In this document: positions 13,566 through 25,980 of the stretch, in pieces | How positions within the stretch are numbered: the stretch's first letter is position 1 | Layout: the number at the start of each line of letters is the position of its first letter | Origin: Octopus sinensis | Lineage: Eukaryota | Length of the DNA stretch: 64,000 nucleotides | Assembly (NCBI RefSeq): GCF_006345805.1 | Contig: NW_021835383.1 | Span: forward strand, 1-64,000 | Reading direction: 5' to 3' | Program-made: the position numbers and the translations under genes | The notes under the pieces: model-generated | Told to the model about the DNA's origin: nothing | What the model saw: only the letters and a program-made list of their open reading frames with translations | Database searches by the model: none

Positions 13566-14460
13566 TATAACTTTTCAATATTTGGTAAATTGATGCAAAT
13601 TTCAACTGCGTCACCTGCTACACCTCCTCGTTGCTGGGGTATCTGCGGCATTGTGTGTTCTTTTCTGCTGTTGGGAGTGTGCGAACTTTTCCTGGTACTG
13701 TATTGTGTTAGTTTTTTTTTCTCTTGAAGTGTGTTGCTGTTTTTTGTCGTGTTACTGCTTGTACTGTCTGTCAAGTGTGTAATGCTTCGATTTTTTGGGT
13801 TGCTGGTGGGGGTTTATTTCACTGGGTAAATGCTGTATAGAGTGTGTCTTGTATTTGTGTATTGTTTTGTTTAGGTTGTATTATTGGATTGATAGTATCT
13901 AGGCTGTTCCTAGCAGGGCTATTTTTTGGACAGAATATAGTGTTGAGGATCCAGGTATAGCTTCTACATTTTTGTTCATATGATTTTTTATCATGCCCAA
14001 TACTCCATTAATTATTGGTATTGTTTTTGCCTTCATGCTCCACATTTTGAATACTTCGACAATTTCTCTACTTCTTTTTTGAAAATACTTTGATTAGAAG
14101 AAGGCAGTGAGCTGGCAGAAACGTTAGCACGCCGGGTGAACTGCTTAACGATATTTCGTCTCTTTACCTTCTGAGTTCAAACTCCGCCGTGGTCGACTTG
14201 GCATTTGATCCTTTCGTGTTCAATAAATTAAGTACCAGTTGCGTACTAGAGTCGATCTAATGACTGGCCCCATCCTCCAAAATTTCGGGCCTTGTGTCTA
14301 GAGTAGAGAAGAATATTTTGAAGAGAAGGGACTGCAATGTCTACCGGTAAGCAAGGGTTTTTTTCTCTAATCCTCGACTATCAAGTCTAGACGATTAGCT
14401 TTTATTTCTTTGTCGGTTTGAACCGGTATATCCCAGGTGTTTTTGGCCTGATCATTGTCT
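13566..14460 (-). mobile_element. R4/Dong-type LINE 3' fragment interrupted by a SINE, fourth lineage
   Basis: Minus strand: DNDQAKNTWDIPVQTDKEIKANRLDLIVED, then (past the SINE at 14103-14316) KEVEKLSKY..KTIPIINGVLGMIK..QKIALLGTA; 3' UTR ends at (TAA)n near 13550-13565. Confidence 0.75.
14103..14316 (+). mobile_element. SINE family A, short-tail subfamily
   Basis: ggcagtgagctggcagaaacgttagcacgccggg...gagttcaaactcc...cctccaaaatttcgggccttgtgtctagagtagagaag. Confidence 0.85.
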
Positions 14461-15685
14461 TGTACCTTACGCGTTCCAATGATCAGGCGGTCAGTCTGTT
14501 GCCAGCATCCTCTGAGTGACGGATTAGGTATGCCGTGGCTCCTAATGCGCAGAGACGTGCTTAGATTACGCCACCTGCGACAGTTTATGGACAGTGAGCG
14601 TGTGTGGGCTCCGCTTGTGAGGCTTGTCTTTCTACAGCTCATCTCCTTGATGGAGCTGAAGTCCTGTGTGAAGAAAAGACCGAGATTGGGTGTTTGGCTC
14701 CTAAAATGTCGTTAGACGCTCACAACCCTCTACTAGTTGGGCAATGGGATCAGTGGATGTTCTGCTTTAGAAAATTATAGAGGATTAATGACGCAGAAGT
14801 ACGACGACATTCTCGGGGAGACACTGGGCGCCTACGAGAACGAACTGGCTGGTCTGTTCTAGAGGAAATATCATGGATAATTTCCAGATGTTTTTGGCTT
14901 GGCAGTGCTACCAGGGGGCACTACCGGTTCGAGACAGTCTCTATAGGCATGGACGCGTTGTCAGACAGACTTGTCCGAGATGCGCGCAGAATGGCAAAAT
15001 CGTTCTGCACGCCTTCGTTCAGTGTCCGGGCATTGCTGACTTGTGAGGTAATGTTGAACAGCTACTGTCACTTGTGCGACGGATCCGTCTGTTGGCCGAG
15101 TCTGTAGTGATGATTGCACTTCCACCTAATCGGGCAGGCAAGGCAGTTTTCCTTTGCCTAATGGCTGTGGCGAAAGAGCTTGTTTGGTGTTCAAAGCTGA
15201 AAGGCATGAGGACAGATACATTCCTTTATCGTTGAGCTCTCATTGATTTTTCAAGTTTCACTTCAAAAGGAACTTGAGAATGGAGAGGGAAATGCCGTCC
15301 TCGAGTGAGTTTATTGAAAGGTGGGTGAAAGTTACAAAAATGTTAAGATGGATGGTACCTCTCTAAGTGTAGACCTGTGAGCAGGAGAGAAGGAGTTGGG
15401 TAGAGCATTTGCTCCTAGGGTTTCAGGGAAATGTCGAATAGTGGGGCTCCTCGATTATTCCTAGAGGCGTTCCTATATCAGAAGGGACATATCTCCAAAA
15501 TCTTCCCTTTTCTTTTTTTATGTGTTAACCTTTGTATGCTATGCATATGTCTCTTATTTTCCAGTGTATACCGTGTATACTTCTTTTTATTATTATTTCA
15601 CTATTATATGCAAACCGCTACATTTTATGTTCTGTCTTTGTATTGTCCCCCTCATCCTTCACCTTTGTGGCAATTAAATGAAATC
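14455..15685 (+). mobile_element. Tx1/L1-clade LINE, ORF2 C-terminus and 3' UTR (decayed)
   Basis: From 14900: WQCYQGALPVRDSLYRHGRVVRQTCPRCAQNGKIVLHAFVQCPGIADL, a zf-RVT-type C-terminal motif. The 3' UTR matches the reverse complement of 41599-41890. Confidence 0.8.
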
Positions 15686-15709
15686 ATTATTATCATTATT
15701 ATTATTATT

Positions 15710-16100
15710 TCACTGTTTTTGCACAGCTTCTAGTGCTGGAGATATACTACAGAGTCAGTTGTTCACTATCAGTGAACTAAGGTAATGCCCCTTATTTTTC
15801 GAGCAACATCCGGAGTATTCGAACGGTTCCAAGGAGTGCTGTTTTCTGCAAGTGCTCCAACCTTATTGCAGCTTCTATTTGTTCCATGTACTTCTCAAGA
15901 TTTTCACTCAATGTTGCCAGGGCTCTGACAGTTATTGATACTACTATCACCTTTTTCAGTGACCACAGCTGCTTAACCTCCCAAGCTAACCTGTTATATC
16001 TATCGACTTTTCTTTCTTCCTTATCGCATACCTGGTTGTCAGCTGGGCATGCTATATCTATGAGCCAGCATAGTTTGCTTTCTTTCCCACTTAAGACTCT
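15710..16100 (-). mobile_element. R4/Dong-type LINE 3' end, same lineage as 13130-13545, inverted
   Basis: Reverse complement aligns with 13160-13520 (catagatatagcatgcccagctgacaac...cttggaaccg...actccggat..tgctcgaaaaataagggg); (TTA)n on both sides. Confidence 0.85.
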
Positions 16101-16114
16101 TATTGTTGTTTTTG

Positions 16115-16162
<48 letters not shown>

Positions 16163-16190
16163 TATTATATTATTATTATTATTATTATTA

Positions 16191-16226
<36 letters not shown>

Positions 16227-16241
16227 TATTATTATTATTAT

Positions 16242-16990
16242 ATGTTTGAAATTTGCTTTGTATTTGTGCAAGTTGTCTCCAAGTCTCAGCCAGAGACCTC
16301 AAGAGACAACACGCTAGAAGTTCATGTTGGTATTATGCCTACGGTGTCATATATTTGGATTTTCAAGTAGTGCTGTTCTAGAGAATGTTTAAGAAAACAA
16401 GAAAACTATAAGTTTGTTTTAAAAATTTGAGATTACATAGACAGTATTTTACGTCAGATATGGGTAGTTCCCATGAGCACCATCTTTTAAATTTCTGCCA
16501 CTTTGCGGTTTCCTGGTATCTGCGCTAGGTAAGAATCAACCCCTTTTGCTATCATTCCTAGGGCACCTATGATAACAGGTATTGTTTTAGTCTTGAGGTT
16601 CCACATTTTTGCCAATTTCTATTTCAAGATCTTTATACTTGCTCAGTTTTTGGTAGGTCTGTTGAGATGCTCTGTAGGCACAAGAAAACTGCACATGGAA
16701 ACAACATGATCAATGGTTTCATTTTGTTGTTTGCATACACAACATGTTGGGCTACTCCCATTCTTTAATATGTTTGCCTTGGTAGTTCCTTGTAGGTTGG
16801 CATTGATCTTGGGCTGCTATGATAAGCCCTTCTGTTTTTGATTTTAAGCCAGAAGACACTAACTACTGATAGGTAAGGTCTTTGTCAACATCGGCACTAT
16901 TAGCTCTCTTTGGGTATTTGTCATTGAGACGTTTCTCTTGCCATTTATCAGTAAGAATATCTGAGGCAGCAGTTTTAGCACAGGTTAGAA
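16242..16990 (-). mobile_element. R4/Dong-type LINE 3' fragment with internal deletion, further lineage
   Basis: Minus strand: KWQEKRLNDKYP, SSGLKSKTEGLIIAAQDQ, TIDHVVSMC, then jumps to KYKDLEIEIGKMWNLKTKTIPVIIGALGMI; (TAA)n tail at 16110-16241. Confidence 0.8.
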
Positions 16991-17109
16991 AGAATCATCA
17001 TCATCATCATCATCATCACCATCATCATCATTATCATCACCATCCTCCTCCTCCTCCTCCTCTCCTCCTCCTCATCATCATCATCATCATCGTCATCATC
17101 ATCATCATT

Positions 17110-17140
<31 letters not shown>

Positions 17141-17708
17141 CACTGTGTTTGTTTTGATAATAAGATTGTAAAAATCGATATTGTTTGTAAAACGCTTTGG
17201 ATCCGGGTTTGCACCCCACCTAAGCAAATTTCGCACCAGCTCTTATGATGTTGTGTTGTGAGCCCAATGCTCTGTCAATGTTGAAAGTTCATCGTCCGTG
17301 AATATATTGTGACGAGGAAGCTTCAGCTCGTTTGCTAGACTTGTAAAAAGATCCCAGCCAAATTCTCCTCAAATAATGTCCAACAATGTGGATGTGAATA
17401 ATAATTTGGGTAAAAAATAAAAAAAAAAAATTATTTGGTTTGAACGCTTTTCGAACGTTGTCGAACGACATTTTTGAAAGACAGAAACACTTTTCCAAAC
17501 ACGTGACAACATTGTTGACAAACGAAATTAACTGCAAATGTACACGACACAGCCCAGAAACTCATATCAAAGGTAAGTGTCTTACAAATTGTACACAATA
17601 CTCGCACAAACATTTCCATAAACTTTTCACAACTATTCTAATAAAATGCACGGCTTGATAAAAGATAATGACAATGTCAACAAGTGCAGAAGCAACGGTA
17701 TAGACTGG

Positions 17709-17936
17709 CGGCAAGCTGGCAGAAACGTTAGCACGCCGGGCGAAATGCGTAGCCGTATTTCGTCTGTCGCTACGTTGTGAGTTCAAATCCGCCGAGGTCG
17801 ACTTTGCCTTTCATCCTTTCGGGGTCGATAAATTGAGTACCAGTTACGCACTGGGGTCGATGGAATCGACTTAATACCAATGTCTGTCCTTGTTTGTCCC
17901 ATCTATGTTTAGCCCCTTGTGGGTAATAAAGAAATA
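17709..17936 (+). mobile_element. SINE family A, long-tail, with target-site duplication
   Basis: Full head and tail; GGTATAGACTGG at 17697-17708 and 17937-17948. Confidence 0.9.
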
Positions 17937-18303
17937 GGTATAGACTGGAAGTATAGTCATTATCTCCCTTTGTAACATCACAGGTTCGCATATATTATAT
18001 TAGAAAATATACCGTTGAACACAAAATTAGCTCACGTAAAATTATGTCAATAATGTCTCAATGGCATTAAAATCACTTTCATGAAACTAAAAGATTTTTA
18101 TCATCATCCACGAGATTTACGGAAGAAGAATGCAAGTAAGATTGTTGTTGTCTAAGTACAGAATACTCAGTATTCCAAAACTGTATTCAGATTTTGCTAC
18201 AAAGACTCTTTTGTAATGCTGATGGAAGATCTCTTATAGCATACTTCAAAACACGCATACGATACCTGAATCTCAGAAATGACATTCGTAAACTTAAACT
18301 ACA

Positions 18304-18588
18304 CTCTTTTACTCTCTTTTTCTCTTTTGATTGTTTCAGTCATTTGACTGCGGCCATGCTGGAGCACCGCATTTAGTCGAGCCAATCGACCCCAGGACTT
18401 ATTCTTTGTAAGCCTAGTACTTATTCTATCGGCGTCTTTTGCCGAACTGCTAAGTTACGGGGACGAAAATACACCAGCATTGGATGTTAAGCAATGTTGG
18501 GGGGGACAAACACACACACACACGCATACATACATACATACATACATACATACATACAACATACATACATACATGCATACATGCATAT

Positions 18589-18644
<56 letters not shown>

Positions 18645-18781
18645 CGATGGTATTATTTTAGTTTCCGTCTACCAAATCCACTCACAAGGCTTTGTTCGGC
18701 TCGAGGCTATAGTAGAAGACACTTGCCCAAGGTGCCATGTGGTACGTAAGCAAGCTACTTACCACACGGCCATTCCTACGC
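18304..18781 (-). mobile_element. SINE family B, full copy with internal (TA)/(TACA)/(CA) microsatellite
   Basis: Reverse complement: head tggccgtgtggtaagtagc, CORE-like gcaccttgggcaagtgtcttctactat, internal microsatellite, 3' half, (gtaaaaga) tail. Confidence 0.9.
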
Positions 18782-19514
18782 TTAGAAATCACACTAGAAA
18801 AATTTAAAATAAAAACTTAGCAACACATAGCGCATTAATATAGGAAACACAAACATATCAATAATATGAACAATTACCCTCCAGATTACGTATTCTAACT
18901 ACAACATTCTAACAAACACTATCGCTGTGGAAGAATTGAACGCCCTCTGTGTCCTGAGTTTCAAACAATGCAAGTAACAGAATCAGTAACATAATAGCAT
19001 CGCAAGTAAACTCTCTTTAAATCCGAAACAATTTGCAACAAGACACACATACACACACATACTTCACCAAGTACTTCTTTCAGTCAAGCCAAAAAACGTT
19101 TCTCTAGACACTAGCTAGTGATTCCCGCAGTTCGATACCGTAATCAAACAATTCCCCGAGTATCTTCTCGGTTCACCCAACATGTATCATAACAACACGT
19201 TCACACATTAATGAAGAAAGTAAAAACGCTTTTAGAAACTTCAAAAATCTCTCAGTGGGACGTGTCCCACAGAGAAAAAAGAACCAAGGTTTACAGAATT
19301 CGATAACACCTCAATGGCCGACTTAGACAATCGGCAATATAATTATAGAAGCATTAGTATTACATGACCGACAAGACATCATAAAAATGCAGCTCCGATT
19401 ACCCACTGGAGATATACAACCATAAAAAGTAGAGAAGACATCAAAGGCAAAACACCAATATCGCACACGTATGAAATAAAATTCAACATCAAACAACTAG
19501 AAAGGAAATAACTA

Positions 19515-19562
<48 letters not shown>

Positions 19563-19587
19563 TAATAATAATAATAATAATAATAAT

Positions 19588-20141
19588 GTCTGATGCAATA
19601 CCAGGCAATGACTCTCATGCCTTTTGATTTTCACTGATTGGATGTGTTGTCATGTACATTTTTTTGTCTTGGGGTAAAAGATGGGCTGCAGCGAATATGC
19701 TGCTCAATACCACAGATTTGTATGTCAGTTGTTTGATTTTAACCAGCTGAGCATGTCCCTTAGTGGCTGACAATAGGTGTTTGTCCGATCATGAGCCGGA
19801 GAAGTGAGGGAGCATCAAAGACATTTGTTGAGAAGAATTCTTTAGGGTTTGAATAATTTACCCTGGGAAACATGGGTGCATCGTTCAACATCTTTAGACA
19901 ACCCTCACCCAGAGACCTTTTGAGTGGGTTCGGTTACTCAAGAAGAAGAAAATTCTAACTGGCCCCCATCTGCAAGGTCATGCGCTATTTATCTTGATAT
20001 GTGGTCACCATGTCGCGCCCATATGCTTGTGATGCATGGGTCTGGTATACCCTTATCAGACGGGTACTTATAATAGGTATTTTAGGCTTCGGATATGTGC
20101 AACCCAGGGTCACTTTCATGGTATGTGCTGCTCCCTCATTC
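19588..20141. mobile_element. ~555-bp non-coding insert between (AAT)n runs; probable TAA-targeted element or LINE UTR
   Basis: Complex sequence bounded on both sides by (AAT)n/(GAT)n; no recognisable ORF. Confidence 0.45.
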
Positions 20142-20178
20142 AATACTAATAGCTATAATAATGATAATAATGATGATG

Positions 20179-20213
<35 letters not shown>

Positions 20214-20237
20214 CATAATAATAATAATAATAATAAT

Positions 20238-20403
20238 GAAGGCGCGAGCGTGACTTTGTGGTAAGAAGCTTGTTTTCCAACCACATGGTTCTGTGTTTAG
20301 TGTCACTGCGTGGTACCTTGGGCAAGTGTCTTATACTATAGCTTCGGGCCGACCAAAGCCTTGTGGGTAGATTTGGGAGACGGAAACTGAAAAGAAGCCC
20401 GTC

Positions 20404-20461
<58 letters not shown>

Positions 20462-20668
20462 ATGTGTGTCCCATCACTGCTTCACAACCGATGTTGGTGT
20501 GCTTACGTACTCGTAACCTAGCTGTTCGGCAAAACAGACCGGTAAAATAAGTACTAGGCTTACAAAGAATAAGTCCTGAGGTCGATTAGTTCGACTAAAG
20601 GCGGTGCTTCAGCATGGCCGCAGTCAAATGACTGAAACAATTAAAAGAATAAAAGAATAAAAAAAAAA
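20238..20668 (+). mobile_element. SINE family B
   Basis: Head ...ctttgtggtaagaagc, core gtaccttgggcaagtgtc, internal (TA)(TG), tail aaaagaataaaagaat. Confidence 0.9.
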
Positions 20669-20713
20669 CAGTGATGAACCACAGAAAACAAAACACCCCC
20701 TTATACATCTGTA

Positions 20714-21038
20714 TTCTTTCTTTTACTCTTTTATTTGCTTCTGTCATTTGACTGCGGCCATGCTGAAGCACCGCCTTTAGTCGAGCAAATCGACCGCAGA
20801 GCCTATTATTTGTAAGCCTAGTACTTATTTTACCGGTCTGTTTTGCCGAACAGCTAGGTTACGAGGATGTAAGCACGCCAACATCAGTTGTCAAGCAGTG
20901 ATGGGGGACAACACACACACACACACACACGCTTATTCTATCGGTCCCTTTTGCCGAACTGCTAAGTTACGGTGACGTAAACACACCAGCATCGGTTGTC
21001 AAGCGATGTTGGGGGGACAAACACAGACACACAAGCAT

Positions 21039-21071
<33 letters not shown>

Positions 21072-21252
21072 TATATATATATATATACGACGGGCTTCTT
21101 TTCAGTTTCCGTCTACCAAATCCACTCAGAAGGCTTTGGTCGGCCCGAAGCTATAGTAGAAGACCCTTGTCCAAGGCGTCACGCAGTGGGACTGAACCTG
21201 GAACCATGTAGTTCGTAAGCAAGCTAGTTACCACACAGACACTCCTACGCCT
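20714..21252 (-). mobile_element. SINE family B, two stacked copies (3' half 20714-20930; second copy 20931-21252)
   Basis: Same diagnostic segments in reverse complement. With 20238-20668 these form a tail-to-tail inverted pair. Confidence 0.85.
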
Positions 21253-22997
21253 ATCTACATAAACCGCAAAATAATCAGTAAAACATTATATACATTAATT
21301 AGTGCTACTATTAATTACATCAAACGGTAACAACGCACCTCATGTCCCAATAACAACCACAAATATTATATGCACACACGCTGTAGAATCAAGCAAACGT
21401 CTTTATGTGTTAAAATCTTTGAAAATTCAACACCAAACACTACATAAAAACATAAATATAAGTTTAAAATAAAATACGTATCTTGCACATAATGTCGAAC
21501 AAAAATATATATTGTATCCATTATGGATTATTGCAGTAGTATTAGTCATAACCAATCTTGCAATAATCTATCAGAATAAAGTAGCTATTACTAAAAACAG
21601 TTCACATAGTAACATGGTGTATCCAACCACACTCCCAGCCCTCTTTCACCACATATACATACACACAGACACACACACACAAGCACGCGGAGACAGACAC
21701 ATACATACGTACACACACACACGTACATGAAAATAAAAGAAGAGATGAACACGTGAGGGGCACAATTTGTTACCGAAATACTTTTCAACTACCACAATCC
21801 TTGTCATGAGCCTGAGATGCTTCGGTACGATCGTATTTGACATCGCTGATGTGACGATGACTTATTTGACATTGTTGATGTGATGATGACTTATTTGACA
21901 CTAGATGTTTTAATGTTTCTCTCGTTCTAATATATCTCTTTCTCTCTCTGTTTCTGTTTCACTTTTCACACCTGTATATCGATATTTCTGCCTGTGCGCA
22001 CACCTGTGTTGTTTACCTCCAGTGTTAAAATGTACGGTCCCCAAAACAAGTTTAATCTTCAGCGAGGCAGTGCCAAATCGCATGCGTCTAAACAGCTGCG
22101 CCCAGTCGCTTCAGCTCGCCTTGTCACTATATGTAGAACCACATCCTAATATCTGGTTATTGATTGCTTCTTTCGTTTATTGGTAGTGTTGTTGTTACAT
22201 GTGTTGTTTTTGTTTGTTTCTTTTTTCCGTTTAACCCAACGTCGGCCCCTGAAAAGAGAAAACTCAAAAGTAGAATTATTGGGATCGATGGCTGTAACCC
22301 CGACTGAGATCAACGACAAAGTCGCATGGCACTATGGTCTGGAGACATTATGTTTCTTAGGATGACAAGAATAAAAGAAAAAATGTATTTCGTTTAAGAA
22401 AATATAAAGAAGAAAAACAGAGCCAATATTTGAGAAAAAAGAGAATAAGAAAATGGGAAAAGGAAAGACATAAAAAATCAGCATAAAGATACAGAGAGAG
22501 AGAGGGGGGAGGAGCGCAAAAGAAAAGGTGAGATATATAGGGAGATGTGAAAAAGGGTGCTAAAAATATAAAGAGACTCGATGAATGTTGTAGGGTATTT
22601 TTAATATGATAAATCGCCTGGCGAGAAAATAGTTTTAACATTGCTGTCTGTCAATATAATAGATAATGTGTCATTAAAGCTGAGCGTAATTATTATTATA
22701 CACATCACTGTCAATGTACACAATGTCTATAATTTATAGCGATAATATGTTCGCTTAAGGAAGGTCACACGCAAATACGAGACATTTTATTTCATGAAAT
22801 ACCGTCTTGTTTATTTGAGGAGTTGCTTCAACAGTAAGTTATATATCTTTAATTATATACCGTTATCTCGACGTTGTCTACCACGTCTGTCGTATTTCAT
22901 CGTAGTGAAACAGGTTCGGATATATAACGGAAATGCCAGAACGTCGAATGGTTATTTATTATTATTATTATTATTATTATCATTTTTATTATTATTA

Positions 22998-23117
22998 CTT
23001 TTTTTTCTTCTTTCAAATTTGCTTCCATTTCTTGCCGAGTGTCATCCCGACTCCTAGGGCAAAGAAACTCATAGTTTACATTGGTAGGCCATTAAACCAA
23101 ACTCAATAGTTCGTTCA
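22998..23117 (-). mobile_element. ~120-bp 3' tip of a (TAA)n-tailed element inside an (ATT)n run
   Basis: Flanked by (ATT)n on both sides; similar to 6061-6139. Confidence 0.6.
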
Positions 23118-23208
<91 letters not shown>

Positions 23209-23221
23209 GTTATTATATTAC

Positions 23222-23257
<36 letters not shown>

Positions 23258-23419
23258 TATTATTATATTATTATTATTATTATTATTATTGTTGTTGTTG
23301 TTATTGTTATTATTATATTATTATTATTATTATTACTATTATTATTATTATTGTTATTATTATTACTATTATTATTATTATTATTGCTATCATTATTATT
23401 ATTATTGTTGTTGTTGTTA

Positions 23420-23459
<40 letters not shown>

Positions 23460-23529
23460 ATTATTATTATTGTTATTATTATTACTATTATTATTATTAT
23501 TATTGCTATCATTATTATTATTATTGTTG

Positions 23530-23581
<52 letters not shown>

Positions 23582-23655
23582 TATTATTATTATTGTTATT
23601 ATTATTACTATTATTATTATTATTGCTATCATTATTATTATTATTGTTGTTGTTG

Positions 23656-23707
<52 letters not shown>

Positions 23708-23725
23708 TATTATTGTTATTATTAA

Positions 23726-24318
23726 GGCGGCGAGCTGGGAGAATCGTTAGCACGCTGGACGAAGTGCTTAGCGCTGTTTCGCTCGTCCTTACGTTCTGAG
23801 TTCAAATTCCGCCGAGGTCGACTTTATCTTTCATCCTTTCGGGTTCGATAAATTAAGTACCAGTGAAACACTGGGGTCGATGTAATCGACTAAACCCCCT
23901 CCTCCAAATTTCGGGCCTTGTGCATATAGTAGAAATTACTAAGGCAGCGGGTTGATAAAATCGTTAACATACCGGGCGAAATGCTTTGCGGCATTTCATC
24001 CTTCCTTACCCCTTGAGTTCAAATGCAACCGCAGTCAACTGTGCATTTCATCTTTACGGGCTCGAAAATTTAGTTGCTGAACATAGCCCAGCGTGCTAAC
24101 GAGTTTGTTAGCTCACCGCCTTCTATTACGATAATAATCATTTCTAATTTAAGTTCAAAACCAACAATATTGAGGGAGGAGTTTTGTCGTTATCATCGCT
24201 ATCAGCACTTAAAGGACGTAAATTAAAGTTGACGTCGAGAGAATTTGAAATCAGAACGTAAAAGCCAAAAACAAAGTATTTTTTCCGACGCTCTAACAAC
24301 TCTGCTAATGCGACGCCT
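23726..24318. mobile_element. Cluster of SINE family A copies (23726-23940 +, 23941-24070 + partial, 24086-24123 - head, 24140-24318 -)
   Basis: Each contains family A head or body motifs (gagctgg.agaatcgttagcacg, gagttcaaat, gtcgacttt). Confidence 0.8.
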
Positions 24319-24328
24319 ATAATAACAA

Positions 24329-24359
<31 letters not shown>

Positions 24360-24443
24360 CATACATACATACATACAAACATACACACACACATACATAC
24401 ATACATACATACATACACACTTAAAAATGTTAAAGGGTAAAGA

Positions 24444-24780
24444 GTGAAGACCCCCTTCCCCTTTAGGTCAAGAATGACCATGGGATTGCACCTAGAATGC
24501 TCCCTTCCGAGGTAGACGCCCGGCAAGCTTGTTTATGGAAGACCAGTAGTCGCCCTTGACATACTATCCTCCTCTCTCCAAGCCACCGATGTTACCCAAG
24601 GGAAAGACAAAAGCCGATACAGCTTGGCACCAGTGATGTCGCAACTCATTTCTACAGCTGAGCGAACTAGAGCAACACGAAAATAAAGTGTCTTGCTCAA
24701 GAACACAACACACAGCCCGGTCCTGGAATCGAACTCACTAACTCATGATTGTGAGCCTGATGCTCTATCCATTGTTCCAT
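24444..24780 (-). mobile_element. SINE family C (tRNA head, gtgttcttgagcaagacac core)
   Basis: Reverse complement: ...ggctcacaatcatgagttagtgagttcgattccaggacc...gtgttcttgagcaagacacttt...; 3' part matches 60358-60570. Confidence 0.8.
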
Positions 24781-24899
<119 letters not shown>

Positions 24900-24903
24900 A
24901 ATA

Positions 24904-24942
<39 letters not shown>

Positions 24943-24945
<3 letters not shown>

Positions 24946-25164
24946 AGTTTAACAATTAAGGATAATCTCTTAATAAGGGATCTTAACAAGAAATTATCGG
25001 GTAGCTAGCGTGAAAACCTCATAAAAGAAAAGGACTTCGAAAATAATTTTTTTCTTTTGAACAAATTAATTATATCTATAAATTGTATAGAGGGCATTAT
25101 TACACATAAATGCCTCACACTAGGAGGGACAAAGTCATACTACCAAATTATACTAATCATATCC
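24943..25164 (-). repeat. Inverted partial (~0.46) monomer of the 480-bp unit
   Basis: Reverse complement reads atgattagtataatttggtag...ctagtgtgaggcattt...ccttaattgttaaacttat, then (TA)n. Confidence 0.95.
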
Positions 25165-25499
25165 AGTGTGAGGCATTTATGTGTAATAATGCCCTCTATA
25201 CAATATAGATATAATTAATTGTTCAAAAGAAAAAAATTATTTTCGAAGGTCTTTTCTTTTATGAGGTTTTCACGCTAGCTACCCGAAATTTCTTGTTAAG
25301 ATCCCTTATTAAGAGATTATCCTTAATTGTTTTTAACTATTCCGAAATACTTTTCATTACCCGACATGCAGTTCGTAAAAAGCCCGCCATTTACCGATAT
25401 ATGATTTATAAACATTCATGTGCTTGGCCGGAGTGAGCAGTTGTCTGTTCGTCTTCGCTACGTAAGGTTGGTAGTTTATTTATGATGTGTTCAGAATCA

Positions 25500-25558
25500 G
25501 TTCTGCTGACGATCATTAGACGTAAGTTGAATGTGAAATCACGGTGATGATACAGAAC
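25500..25558 (+). ncRNA. Type I hammerhead ribozyme, monomer 1 (TGA duplication in stem/loop III)
   Basis: gttctg CTGACGA tcattagacgtaagttgaatgt GAAA tcacggtgatga TA cagaac. Confidence 0.7.
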
Positions 25559-25980
25559 TAAATTCATTTTTTTAATGTCTTGCTTTGAAAAACTGCATTT
25601 GGGTATGATTAGTATAATTTTGGTAGTAATGACTTTGTCCCTCCTAGTGTGAGGCATTTATGTGTAATAATGCCCTCTATACAATATAGATATAATTAAT
25701 TTGTTCAAAAGAAAAAAATTATTTTCGAAGTCTTTTCTTTTATGAGGTTTTCACGCTAGCTACCCGATAATTTCTTGTTAAGATCCCTTATTAAGAGATT
25801 ATCCTTAATTGTTAAACTTATCCGAAATACTTTTCATTACCCGACATGCAGTTCGTAAAAAAAGCCGCCATTTACCGGATATATGATTTATAAACATTCA
25901 TGTGCTTGGCCGGAGTGAGCAGTTGTCTGTTCGTCTTCGCTACGTAGGTTGGTAGTTTATTTATGATGTGTTCAGAATCA

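Noticed and set aside
21845-21900. 28-bp tandem duplication (gatgtga.gatgacttatttgaca)
   Set aside because: Only two copies; ordinary local slippage.
22030-22150. Possible host exon (ag|tgttaaaATG TAC GGT CCC...)
   Set aside because: Short 39-aa frame with no recognisable similarity and no convincing donor site.
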